NCBI GenBank assembly: GCA_964016885.1
Contig: OZ024743.1
Coordinates: 315,270,001 to 315,334,000 of the forward strand
From: Eledone cirrhosa
Lineage: Eukaryota
Length of the DNA: 64,000 nt
Direction of reading: 5' to 3'
Part shown: one piece after another, positions 1 to 12,189 of the stretch
Position numbering within the stretch: position 1 is the first letter of the stretch
Layout of the letters: the number at the start of each line of letters is the position of its first letter
Program-made: the position numbers and the translations under genes
The notes under the pieces: model-generated
What the model was told of the DNA's origin: nothing
What the model saw: the letters and a program-made list of their open reading frames with translations, nothing else
The model's database searches: none

Positions 1-155
1 CTCAATAAAGAAATTATAGCAAACACAAACTGAAAAAAATAAAAAGTGATGGCCTGCGAAGTAGGTCTTACTTCTGCGACAAGCCAAACTCATACACACT
101 CACACACACACACACATCCACATATATATATATAGAGAGAGATAGATAGATATAT

Positions 156-346
156 AACGAAGGAGGTGTGGTAAGGAACCAGATGGACCATAACGCACCA
201 GAGTTTTCAATACTTAGGTTAGTAGAGTGGGTAATAGAAAAAAGAGTAACCCCGTCGGCAGAGCTCAAGACGTTTCGACAGCTATTTCTGTCCAGAAATA
301 CGCGTTGAAACGGCTTGAGCTCTGCCGTCGGGGTTCAACTTTTTCA
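156..346. mobile_element. Asymmetric inverted-repeat element (family B) in (TA)n; probable PLE terminal-repeat fold-back or MITE
   Basis: cccgtcggcagagctcaagacgtttcgacagctatttctg pairs with cagaaatacgcgttgaaacggcttgagctctgccgtcggg. The left arm has about 80 nt extra. Homologous to 3137-3260 and 61633-61940. Confidence 0.75.
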
Positions 347-984
347 TATATATATATATATATATATGGGGGGGGGGGTTATATACAGCGAAAGAGAGAG
401 GTGGTGACAGCAAGTGAAGAAAAGATTGCAGATTTATAGATATGTGTATATGAATAATTTAATAAAGAAATAGAAAATTATTGAGATATCGAGTGACGGG
501 AGAAAATGTTGAAACTTAAGAAAATGAGGGTTGATTGAGATGGAAAGAAATATGAAGAGAAAACTGACGGGGAGCGAGAAAAGGGGGGAATAGCAAGAGA
601 GAAGGATGAGTCAAGAATAGGGACAAGGAAGAGAAGAGCGAAGCTGAAGTGGATGATAGTTCAATTATGAGAAAAGATAACGAATGTTCTAATGAAGCAA
701 TGCCCATGAGATAAATACAGATAAGACATGGTTAGAAAACAGGTGTAGTCAATCAAGGGAATTCTTACAAACATATATACATACATACGCGCACGCACAA
801 AGGCATGTATGTGTGTATGTATGATTTTATTCACTTTATTCACCTATATATTTACACACACGCACACGCACACCTATACACACGTTCTCACACACATACA
901 GCGAGACAGGGTGATAGAGAAATCTAGATATATACATAGATAATTAGATAGACATGTCCACACGAAGATAGACAGATACATAGC

Positions 985-1046
<62 letters not shown>

Positions 1047-1058
1047 TATAGATAGATA
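985..1058. repeat. (GATA)n microsatellite
   Basis: Direct tandem repeat. Confidence 0.95.
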
Positions 1059-1219
1059 GTCGTTAGTACATGTATGAATACCGACACACGCAGACGTGCA
1101 TACACACATACAAACACATACAGCTATATTATAGACGACATTTCTTGTGGATTTACCCCGGTTTATACAATAATTTCTTGAATAATTTTGTTACATCTTC
1201 GTCCTTCTAAGTGGTTCAC

Positions 1220-1785
1220 ACACACATATGTGCATACATACACACACACACACGCACACATATGTGCATACAGACACACACATATGTGCATACATACACA
1301 CACACACACGCACGCATATGTGCATACAGACACACCCACACACACACACCTATGTGCATACAGACACACACACACACACACATATGTGCATACAGACACA
1401 CACACACACACATATGTGCATACATACACACACACACACATATGTGCATACAGACACACACAATCATATGTGCATGCATACACATACACACACATATGTG
1501 CATACATACATACGCATATGTGCATACAGACACAACACACACTCATATGTGCATACAGACACAAACACTCATATGTGCATACATACACACACACACACAT
1601 ATGTGCACACAGACACAAACACTCATATGTGCATACACCCACACACATATGTGCATACAGACACAAACACTCATATGTGCATACAGACACACACACACAC
1701 ATATGTGCATACATACACAAACACTCATATATGCATACAGACACACACACACACACACACATATGTGCATACAGACACAAACACA
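1220..1785. repeat. Minisatellite with CATATGTGCATA core and variable (CA)n spacer
   Basis: About 20 units of catatgtgcata-cagaca-(ca)n, roughly 22-32 bp each. Source of the His/Thr and Cys/Val ORFs. Confidence 0.9.
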
Positions 1786-2104
1786 TACATGAATAACCAC
1801 ATACACTCGCACACGTATACACTAGTTCACTTACACCCATTCTACGATTGATAACACGCAAACAACACACAAACACACTACTTATGCGTCTTACGCATAC
1901 ACACATACATACACAAAGAGCTAAATAGACACACCAATACTGACAAAGGCAGACTTGGAATTAAACCACGCACCTCTATTATATACACACACACGTATAG
2001 CAAAACATATTTACTCCTGTCCATTTTACCTCTCCTCGCGAGCAGCTCCAGCCATTATTTTTATCTTCCAAGCTCTAACTATACTAACCTCAGTCTTGTT
2101 TCTT

Positions 2105-2450
2105 TACCGATCAAGGACTAACGTCCAATACATTGAACACAATTTATTTTTCTATTTTATACAAGCGTTAAACTAACAACACTTTTTTGTCTAAAGTATG
2201 TCTTGAGACTCGAGTCTCATCAGCGTGATGCTTATCCTGGTTTCCGTGGCGTGAAGCAACTGACAGCCCACGGTTACCCACTGGGCATGTGCCTTTTTCT
2301 ATGACTTGTTTTAATTTCTGGTATCCTTGCTATAGGACTAGTGCCCAAAATGTAAATACGCTTTTCCTACTATATCAAGCGTTAAACTAATATATTTCTT
2401 CATTGTACTATGTTGTTTGCTTTGTTGTTTCCTTTACTTTTTGCATACAC
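2105..2450 (+). mobile_element. Two decayed PLE terminal-repeat fragments (family D) with eroded HHR motif
   Basis: ccgatcaaggactaacgtccaatac...caagcgttaaacta (2108-2175) and ttgctataggactagtgcccaaaatg...ctactatatcaagcgttaaactaat (2327-2395) match the better-preserved copy at 48940-49000 (-). Confidence 0.55.
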
Positions 2451-3023
2451 ACAACCACACGCATATATATATATGAAAAATGAATGGAATAACAACAACA
2501 ACCATACCCAAACAAACAATACTGACTTAAGGTAAATGTAAATAAATAAATAAATATATGCACAAGTACAATAACAAAAAACATATAAACACACACTAGT
2601 AAACAAAGATAGAATACAAAAACAAACACACACACATACACTCAAACGTGAACACACACTCCAAAGATGATAGACACACGCAAACGCATGCGCAGAGACG
2701 GAGACAAGAATAGATAAATAAATAAATGAAGTAAAAATGGCGTAGACATTACAGTACAATACAATGGGAGGAAACATAATAATACCATTGATGATGTTGC
2801 ATATGTGCAACTAAAGAACTTTCATAGACTATATATATATATTAATATCTGTATTTTTTACCCGTTGGTCAATCAATGTTTACCATTTATTGCTAAATAA
2901 ATTAACTATGGAGATATAAAAGATACAGAAGCTAAAACCAACCAAACAGTGAGTGTGTTCTGTTATTATTTTTGACAATATTATTACAACAATATCACCC
3001 TCCCCAAGTATAACAATATATAC

Positions 3024-3110
<87 letters not shown>

Positions 3111-3136
3111 TATATATACATACATATATATGTACA

Positions 3137-3257
3137 TCGAAACGGCTTGAGCTCTGCCGTCGGGGTCATACATTTTCCTATTGCCCACTCTACTACCCTA
3201 AATATTGCGCACACTGGTGCGTTATGGTCCATCTGGTTGCTTATCACATATCTTTCG

Positions 3258-3260
<3 letters not shown>
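3137..3260 (+). mobile_element. Solo arm plus tail of family B element in (TA)n
   Basis: gaaacggcttgagctctgccgtcggggtcata...ttatggtccatctggttgc matches 61818-61940. TA tracts on both sides. Confidence 0.75.
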
Positions 3261-3295
<35 letters not shown>

Positions 3296-3598
3296 ATATA
3301 TATATATATATATATATATATAGATAGATAGATAGATATAGATATAGATATAGATAGATACATACATATACATATACACACACAGACTCACATAAATATG
3401 TGTATCTGTGTGTCTGTGAGTCTGTATCTGTGTGTATGAATATAACTGTATATACATATATTGCAATACCACTAATTAGCCAGGGGTGACAGCGAGGGAG
3501 TTGTTGATTTGCCAGTTACAGAATTTCAAAGGGCTCACCCATTTCCGTTGATTTACACTTTGGTTACTTACTCTAACAGGAATCCTTAAACACCATCC

Positions 3599-3632
<34 letters not shown>

Positions 3633-3640
3633 GTATATAT

Positions 3641-4935
3641 TCCGCACGCCATCTCACAGTCTGTGGCCTACTCCAATGCCACGGAACACCCGCCAATCTC
3701 TTCAGAGTCGAACAAAGAACCATCTTCATCTTACAGACCCACACTCCTCCCGGCCTGAACTCCCCACCCCTATTCCTTTAGCCTTCGACCGCCCCCCTCC
3801 CTCCACACATATCCCCCACTAACACCCTAACACATCCCTCCTTTTCACCGCCCACTCCACAACTAACAATACTAACACCTCCACTCCACCCCTCATCCGA
3901 CCACGCTTCCCCAACTAACATACTAACATCCCTCCCTTCTTCTCCTTCCCCCCTCCTTATCACACGCACACACCCACCGGCACATATATACACGCGCTCA
4001 CACTAAACACACACCCTACTACCACCACTAGCCCCCACCCCACACCTCCATCCCACCACCCCGCAACTAACATCACTAACACCCCCTGACCCCAAGCACA
4101 CGAACACACGCACCCACTTACACCACCCACCCCACACGCAACTAACATCACTAACACCCCCAACCTCACGCACACGTACCCACACACCCTCGTACACCAC
4201 CAACTCTACACACCCTACCACCACTAACCCCCACTCACACCTGCATTCAACCCTTTCTCCACCTCCCGTATACTAACACCTACTAACACCCCCTTCATCA
4301 AACTACACACACACACCAGTATACCACACTCCTTCCATCGACCGCCACACCCTTCTCTCCCCGCTCCACCCACACCCTTTCTCCACACTCACTCATCCCA
4401 CTAACACCTCTACTAATACACACACACACCCTCCACACTCCAACTTTCACACCTACCCATCCTAGCCCCTTTACCATTCCACCCGACTGCTGTTATGCCC
4501 TTCTGACCACTTCCCAGCACAAACAGACACACAGCACTCCGACCGCCTTGACCACTTCCTGTTGCGCGCGCACCCCACATCTCTCCTCTTCCGACCATCT
4601 CTTCATGGAATACTCGTATGTGGAACTTGACCACCGTGGAATCTACTACCATCATAGGAGTTTACCAACATTTCAACCACATCCTCTTACGGAATCACCT
4701 TCTATAACTCACCCACACACACACCCAAACAATTTTTTTCTCCCACACGCCACCTACACCCACAACACGCATAAACCCCACACACACGTGCTTTCCACCA
4801 CATATTTACACCTTCAGCCTCCGGATTCCTCTCCCTCCACCCCTCTATCCACACACGCACACACACTCCGACCTACACCCCGCCCCACACACACCTCTTC
4901 CTGAACATACAACCCCGTTCTTCCCCCAACCCTTG

Positions 4936-4976
<41 letters not shown>

Positions 4977-5415
4977 ACACCTACACACACACACACCACC
5001 TTCAGCCCTCCCCGCTCGGACACCCCGTCTCCCTCTCCCCACTCCACCCGCCACCACCCCTACACACCCCACACCCTTCCACCAGCTGTTTTACCCCTTT
5101 TTAATTTCAGTTTATTTTGATCATGCTTTTATATTTATTTTTATTTCATTTCATTTTATTTTGATCATGCTTTATTTTTATTTTTATTTTTATTATTAAT
5201 TTCATTCGCACCGTTTCCTCCCACCCCCTTTTCGCTATATGTCTCTCCACCACTCCCCTACACACCCTTTGAACTCTCTTCCCACACACTTCTCACCTGA
5301 GGAAGGGCTTATGCCCGAACCGTCGTTCCCCACCACCACCCCACTCTCCAGAGCGTGAAATTAATAAACATTCGTTGTACTGCCTCTCTGTTTTGTTCCT
5401 GTTCAAATTTTCCAT
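3641..5415 (+). mobile_element. 5'-truncated Penelope-like element (Neptune-type): GIY-YIG C-terminus, long C-rich 3' region, HHR motif
   Basis: 3653-3781 translates LTVCGLLQCHGTPANLFRVEQRTIFILQTHTPPGLNSPPLFL* (EQ..IF.L.T..P.GLN is a typical PLE endonuclease end). HHR-like motif at 5297-5324, AATAAA at 5363, flanked by (TA)n. Confidence 0.7.
5294..5327 (+). ncRNA. Degenerate minimal type I hammerhead ribozyme motif
   Basis: CTGAGGA-A-GGGC-TTAT-GCCC-GAAC-CGTC. Stem II is intact, but GAAA has become GAAC. Confidence 0.65.
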
Positions 5416-5786
5416 TATATATATATATATACACACACACAAACACACGCACACACACGCACATATCTATATATGCGTGTGTATGTGTGTGTGTGGGCGT
5501 GTGTTCACACGACAAAGAAAGTGTGTGTGTTAGTGCACGAGAGAGTGAGAGTGTGTGTGTATGTATGTGGGGGGCGTGCGTGTGTGTGTGTGTGTGCGTG
5601 CGTGTGTGTGTATATTTGACACGAAATACGAAACCCTCACTGAAAGAGGGACAGGTAAAATAACGAAATAATGCAGACACAATAACTAACTTTTAACCAG
5701 GCAAATATTCAAACCGTAATTATTACATATCTACGTATTACTCATCATCGGCAACATGATCATCATTCTAATTATTATTATTATTA

Positions 5787-8700
5787 TAGTTACCATTATC
5801 TTGCTTTATGTTCATACGAGTTATCACTATGTCACAACCAGTGACCTCAAGAGACAACAAGGTCCGCCATGTTAAAGAAAGAACATACATACACACACAT
5901 GCATCTTTAGGTGTTTAGACCTGTGATGTATTTATATTGTCAGAATCTTCCTTAGTATGTGGATAGTTCCCATTAGTACTATATTTTGTATTTCTCTTAT
6001 TTTCCTCGGCTTTGCGATAAGTAATCATGAGACCCCTTAGGTATCATTCCTAGAACGCCTACAACCACTGGTATTGTTTTAGTTCTCAACTTCCACATTT
6101 TTCCAATTTCTATCTCCAGGTCTTTATACTTGCTCAATTTTTCAAATGTTTTTATTGATACATTCTTGGCTATTGGAACGGACATATCAATTAAGAGGCA
6201 AACCCTCTTTTTAAAGTCCTTCAGTGTTATATGAGATTTATTTGCATCTATTTTTCGATCTGTTTGGATGCTAAAGTTCCACAAGATTGAGATGTGATCT
6301 TTTTCAAGTATGGGAGGTGGTTGATGCTCCCACCAATTCTTTTGATGGGGCAGGTGAAAATGCTTACACATTATCCAATGTATGTATTGTGCAGCTCTGT
6401 CGTGCCTGTTTAGGTATTTGGTTGGAGCTATAGGACTGATCAATGGTGTCTGGTTGTTTTTTACATACACGGCATAATGGGTTGCATCCATTTTTTTTTA
6501 TATTGGCTTGATATTTTTTGTTGGCAGACATCATGTGCTGATATGATCAGTCCTTCAGTCTCCGATTTCAGTCCAGAGGATGCCAACAACTGATCGGTTA
6601 AAGTTTTGTCAACATCAGGGGTGTTAGCTCTTTCTGGGTATTTTCCATACAGAGGATTTTCTTGCCATTTCTTAGCCATACAGAGGATTTTCTTGCCATT
6701 TCTTAGCCAGTTTCTGTAGCAGTTCTTTCTTTGCAGTTCTTTCCTAGGGAGATATATTCTGTCTGTATCTGCCTTAGGGTGATGCATTATGTGCATGGTT
6801 AAGAATTTTCTAATTTTTGTATTGAGCCTACGGATCTCTGTGCTTGACCAGTTGATGACATTGTAACTGTAGGTTACTACTGGTATGGCAAGCTTGTTTC
6901 GATCTTATTCCTTGCATTCAATTCCGTTCTTAAGATTGCTCTTACTCTGCGGTAACATTCCTTCCTTATCCTTTCCCTCATTGTCGAGTGCTTGATTCCG
7001 TCTCCTTCACAAACACCTAGATATTTGTAAGTTTTGTCTTGATCAAGTTCTCTTATCACGTTCCCCCGATCAAAATTAATGTCTGAACTCTTCAGCAGCT
7101 TTCCTCTGGTGAACGTTGCTTTGGCGTTTATCTAGTCCAAACTCCATTTTAATGTCATCACTGAACTGCTCCACAGTGGATAATAGCCCTTGCAATTGTT
7201 CATCCTTTTTTGCAAATAGTTTCGGGTCATCCATGTAGAACAAGTGATTAATGGTTTTGTCATAGACTTTATATCCATGTTTTGTTTCATTGAGCATTTT
7301 ACTTAATGGTATAAGTGCGATGCAGAATAAAAGCGGTGATAAAGAGTCACCCTGAACAATTCCACAATTAATATTAACTTCTCCAGCTTCCAGTGATTTT
7401 GTTTCACTATTCAAAAGGAGTGTCGTTTTCCATGTCTTCATACTGAATGACAAAAACCTCCTGACAACGGGGGATATTTTGAAAATCTCTAAACATTTAT
7501 CAATCCAACTGTGTGGCAAACTATCGAATGCTTTTTTATAATCTATCCAAGCAATCGATAGATTTTTGTGTCTATTATGACAATCTTCCAGTATCATTTT
7601 GTTAACCAAAAGCTGATCCTTACAGCCATATGAGCCTCGTTTACACCCTTTCTACTCAATGGGAAATAGGTCATTTGTTATCAGGTGATAATATGTATAT
7701 TCAGTTAAAATTTCATACATTGTGGTCAAGCAAGTTATTGGTCTGTAATTTTGGGGATTGTTTGTCTCATCATTCTTCGGAAGCAGGAATGTAATGCTGT
7801 TAACTAGCCATGATGGTATCTTTTCTGGCTCCTTAACCATTTCATTGTAAAGTTAAGCTAACAGCTCATGAGACTCTGTGCAGGCATTTATCCAAAAATT
7901 TGGTATTTTGTCTTTCCCTGGGGATTTCCATTTGCTGGTTTTTCTAAGAGCTAAACGCAACTGTTCAACTGTTATATTTTCCCATGTTTGTTCCTCAAGG
8001 TGAGCTGTATCTTTCATTTGTCTGTGAAACCATGGGGCATGTATATTATGAACTTTTTCTTCGGTCCAGATCTTTTCCCAGAATTCTTGCTCTTCCTTCT
8101 TGGCATTTATTGTTGACTTGCCAATTTTTCTGTAGAGGTTTCATTGGTTGTTTTTGAACATATTATTGTCCTTATAGAATCTAGATCGTTTTTCAAAGCG
8201 CCTTATACGAGCAGCTTTGGTCGACACTTTTTGCTTGATTGTTTCTATCAGCATGTCTATGTCACTTGTTGATTTTATACTGTATTTTCTTTTCAATTTT
8301 CTAAGTTTAGTTTGTTTAACATGTTCACCTACTTTATAGTTTGCTAAAATTTCTGTCAGATCGGAGAAGGTTTATTTGGCGATTGATGTTCTCTTGCCAA
8401 CTAGGTTTTTTTGTGGGAATTCCATTGTTTTTTAAGTTTCACTCCACATAAGTGAGTGGTGATTTTAGCCGATGCATAATAGAGATGATTTAGATCAGTA
8501 ATGTTTAGTTTATTTGTGATGATAATGTTTTTGAGAGTTATGTTAGTCTTGTGTATTATCCTTTGGTTTTGTTTGGAGTTCTGGATCTTAGGTAGTCTCG
8601 TTCCCCCATGCCAGATTCTTTCATTTTCATCCATTCGATCAAAATTTTATTCTTCAAGTTGGCGATTTCATTCTCATTCATTTCTTTATCATTTACGATC

Positions 8701-9460
8701 TCATTATTTTCATTTGGAGTTTCATCCTGAGCATGCACTCCCTCCACTTTTTCGCTCCTTTCTTTAATTTGTTCTGCTGTCAGTGATTCCGCCCCAACCC
8801 TGGGATTCGAAATGTTACAATTTACCTCGTTTTCACTGACACATGTTTCATTTTCCTTTCGCTGACTTTGCGCTAATTGCTTCATCTGATCAATTTCTAT
8901 ATCAGTTAGTAACATTTTCGTAACAATATTTCTTCGTATATTAGCTAGTTTGTTACTGTCAATATAGTCCCTGTTTTCGGGATGTTTCTTTTTCCAGTTG
9001 ATATACGTCTGTGTTCGATCTATTTGATGGGTAGAACATGGTAGTGTAGAAAGCCTCAAGGACTTCTTTATTGTCTTCCATTGACCATTTTTCTCTCTTT
9101 TTCTTTGAGTTTCTTAGTGGTGAGCATGGAGAGCCAATAGTAGGACTATTCCGATTATGGGAGGTCTCCAGGTCCGAAATTATGGTACGGTTTGAACCAT
9201 TATCTGACTCTTCGACCCCAGTCTGGTTCCTCTCTGAGGGACCCGGCCCATTTTGACCCGGGTGAGGGCCGATCCGGTATGAGATTATATCATTTGACAT
9301 TGGCTTTATTTTGTTGCGTTTTGTCCTTAACCGCCAAGGGGTAATCATTTGGTGTTACCACTCCTAGGACGAGAGGCAACCAAGACTAGATGGGTCGTCC
9401 TCCCCTAGAGACACGGCTATTCCCCGCCGGCCGCCATCCTGGTATTTCTTGGTCACGGGT
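5787..9460 (-). mobile_element. Near full-length decayed R4/Dong-clade non-LTR retrotransposon (RT + restriction-like endonuclease)
   Basis: RT motifs [44 protein letters not shown] motifs RHD..AQYIHW, IQTD...D, KY.DL.IE...MW...IPVVVG.LG. Frameshifts and stops present. 3' end abuts (TAA)n at 5770-5786. Confidence 0.9.
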
Positions 9461-9734
9461 TTTTTTTTAGTTTTTTTTTTTTAAATTGTTATTACCATCA
9501 GTGGTTCCTTAATGTGAGCCCTTCGTGGCTGAGAAAGAAATTATTATTAATAATGTAATATACTTTTTGTTGAAGTTGCCTCTGTTGTTGTTGTTGCTTG
9601 CCGGTGTTGCTGGGGTTTTTTCTATTGTTGGTGGGGACCTTCATTGCCATAGCCGTTAACGTTTGACCGAGCCACTATGTCAGTCTATTTTTTGTAATTA
9701 GTATACACCAAGGAGGGGAGATTTAGGTGGTGTA

Positions 9735-10954
9735 TCTAGGTTGTGGTGGTGAAATTGTCGTTACTTGGCTGTTCTATTATTCCAGCACCCTCTACGCGGA
9801 GGGCTGGACATGCCGTGGCTAATGATGCGCAGACATGTGTTGAGGCTGCGACATCTCCAGATATTCTGCCTAAACGATGAACAAGTGTGGTTGCCGTTAT
9901 CAGACGGGCCTTTCCGCAGCTAGTTTCTTTGATTGAGCTGCAGTCCTGGGTCAATAAGAGACCAAGACTGGGTGACTGGCACCATGAATTTTGCCAGGCA
10001 CTCACTGCCCTCTAACAAGCGGGAAATGCGATCACTGAAACTTCCACTCGAGTTCTATAGAGGATTAGTGGTGGGCAAGTGCGATGACGCACTCGGAGAA
10101 ACTTTGGGCCTCGACGAAGTCGAACTGACCAGTCTGTTCCGGAGGACTTTCGAGCCGGAGACGATGGACAATTTCGAGAAATCCCTCGCTTGACAGTGCT
10201 ACCGGGGGGCACTGCCGGTTCGGGATAAACTCTACAGGCACGGAAGTGCTGTCAGACGGACGTGCCCACGATGCGCACAGAACGACGAAACCGTTCTGCA
10301 CGCACTTGTCCAATGTCCGTGCATTACTGACTTGTGGAGTTATGTGGAATAGCTACTGTCGCGTGTGGAACGAATACGGCTATCGGCCGAGTCCATAGTG
10401 AAGATTGACCTTCCGTCTTCGGTCAAGAAGAACAGTAAATTTTCCTCTGTCTGGTGGCAGTTGCGAAAGAGGTTATATGGTGGACCAGATTAAAAGGATT
10501 GAAGACAGACACTTTTCTCTTCGGCCAATCCTTCATCAACTTCTTCAAGTTTCACCTGGAAAGGAAGGTGAGGGTGGAGAGAGAAATGCTGCTCCCCAGT
10601 ACATTTGCTAAAAGGTGGATGAATGTGGCGAGAATGGCCCGTGTGAATGGGCTTACTCTGACCATGCGCCTATAGGCTAGCTAACTTGAGGAGAAGGGTG
10701 CGCTCCCTGCGTTCCCTAGAAGCGCAAGGTGGTTCAGGATTGGTGGGGTACCCGAGTGACCCCAGAGTCGTCCAGCCCTATCGGAGAATTTATTTTGTTA
10801 TATTTATGCATAGTTTATTTTATATTCTTCATATCTTCATTGTTAAATTAGTCTTGCCATTGTGCACTTTTACTCGACCTTATTGTAAACCGCCACTGTC
10901 CCTGTCTTTGTATTGTTCCCTACATGTCGGCCCTTGTGGCTAATAAAGGAAATC
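9735..10954 (+). mobile_element. 3' fragment of Tx1/L1-clade LINE (ORF2 C-terminus with zinc-binding region, 3' UTR) ending in (ATT)n
   Basis: YRGALPVRDKLYRHG...CPRC...ETVLHALVQC and AVAKEVIWWTRLKGL. 3' end gcccttgtggctaataaaggaaatc(att)n. Confidence 0.85.
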
Positions 10955-10984
10955 ATTATTATTATTATTGCCAATCCACTGCCA

Positions 10985-11170
10985 GGGCGGTGGATTAGCA
11001 GTATCGGTAGAGGGTCGGACGCCATGCTTTGAAAAATAGAGTTACGGCCTTGCCATTCTGAGTTCAAATCCCGCCGAGGTAAACTTTGCCTTTCATCCTT
11101 ACGGTGTCGATAAATTAAAGTACCAGTAATGTACTGGGTAATTGTGGCCTTGTGCCAAAAGTAGAAACAA
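10985..11170 (+). mobile_element. tRNA-derived SINE (family S1) with (ATT)n tail
   Basis: A-box-like tggattagcagtatcggt, B-box gagttcaaatccc, central ctttgcctttcatccttacgg.gtcgataaa..aagtaccag, tail gccttgtgccaaaagtagaaaca(att)n. Confidence 0.9.
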
Positions 11171-11231
11171 TTATTATTATTATTATTATTGTTATTATTA
11201 TTATTATTATTATCATTATTATTATTATTTT

Positions 11232-11645
11232 TCGTGGACGTAGACACGTCGCAGAAAATTTTGTTCCCGTAAGTTTGTGATTTTTGAAAAGTTTTTATTG
11301 CGAACTTAATGTGAAAACCATATTATTTTGTGTTTAAACACACTCCACTTCTATTGAAGTGGTCGAAATTAATCGCTATCTAGCCCTTTGGGGCTAAATT
11401 CCAATTTGAACTTTGCATTTATCAAATACATCGTGGAAGTAGACACGTCGTCAAAAAAAAAAAAATTTTGTTCCCGTAACTTTGTGATTTTTTTAACATT
11501 TTATTGCTAACTTAATGTAAAAACCATATTATTTTGTGTTTAAACACACCCCACTTCCTTTGAAGTGGTCGAAATTAATCGGTATTTAGGCCTTCGGGGC
11601 TAAATCCCATTTTGAACTTTGCGTCTAGTAAATACGTCCCGCCAA
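11232..11645 (+). repeat. Two tandem ~200-bp units, possibly 5' promoter monomers of the downstream Tx1 element
   Basis: tcgtgga.gtagacacgtcg...ggggctaaat.cca.tttgaactttgc repeated at 11232 and 11431. Confidence 0.75.
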
Positions 11646-12189
11646 AAAAAAAAAAAAATGGTGTCATTCAAAAATTCCATCTCTATGCCGTGCATACATT
11701 CAAAAATTACACTTTCAGCAAGATATCCTTCAGAAACTTTTCTTTCTTCGTCCACTCCCCTCTCCCCTCCATCAAGTCGTGAAGCAACTGCCACTGATAC
11801 AATTGAACAATTGATACACTTGATTCATTTATAATCAAAGAAACTAGCAACAACCAGAGTGAAGTCTCGCTTTCCTTTTCCTTTTCTTCACCAAATAATA
11901 ACAATCAAACGAAAGCCACTCTTTCCTCTTCACCCAACGGCAGTCTTGAAGCGGCTGCTGCTGATACATATAACAACAAGGGAGATAGCAGCAGCGACAG
12001 TATTAACGATAACACCTGTGGTAGCAGTAGCGGCGGTAGCAGCAGCAACACCAACAACGCCGTTTGTAGCAGTGGCAATACCAACAACAGCACCAACAAC
12101 AAGACCAGTAGCAGCAGTAGCGGCGGCAACAATGACGCCACTGAAAAAGAGACCAACTCTTTTGCAAAAATAACTCGCAACATAGAAAC

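Noticed and set aside
1220-1785. Repeat-spacer pattern resembling CRISPR
   Set aside because: Spacers are (CA)n rather than unique sequence, there are no cas genes, and the context is eukaryotic.
1163-1906. Long His/Thr-rich and Cys/Val-rich ORFs
   Set aside because: They are translations of a minisatellite that is open in many frames on both strands.
10985-11070. tRNA gene
   Set aside because: It is a SINE head with A/B boxes, has no full cloverleaf and is multi-copy.
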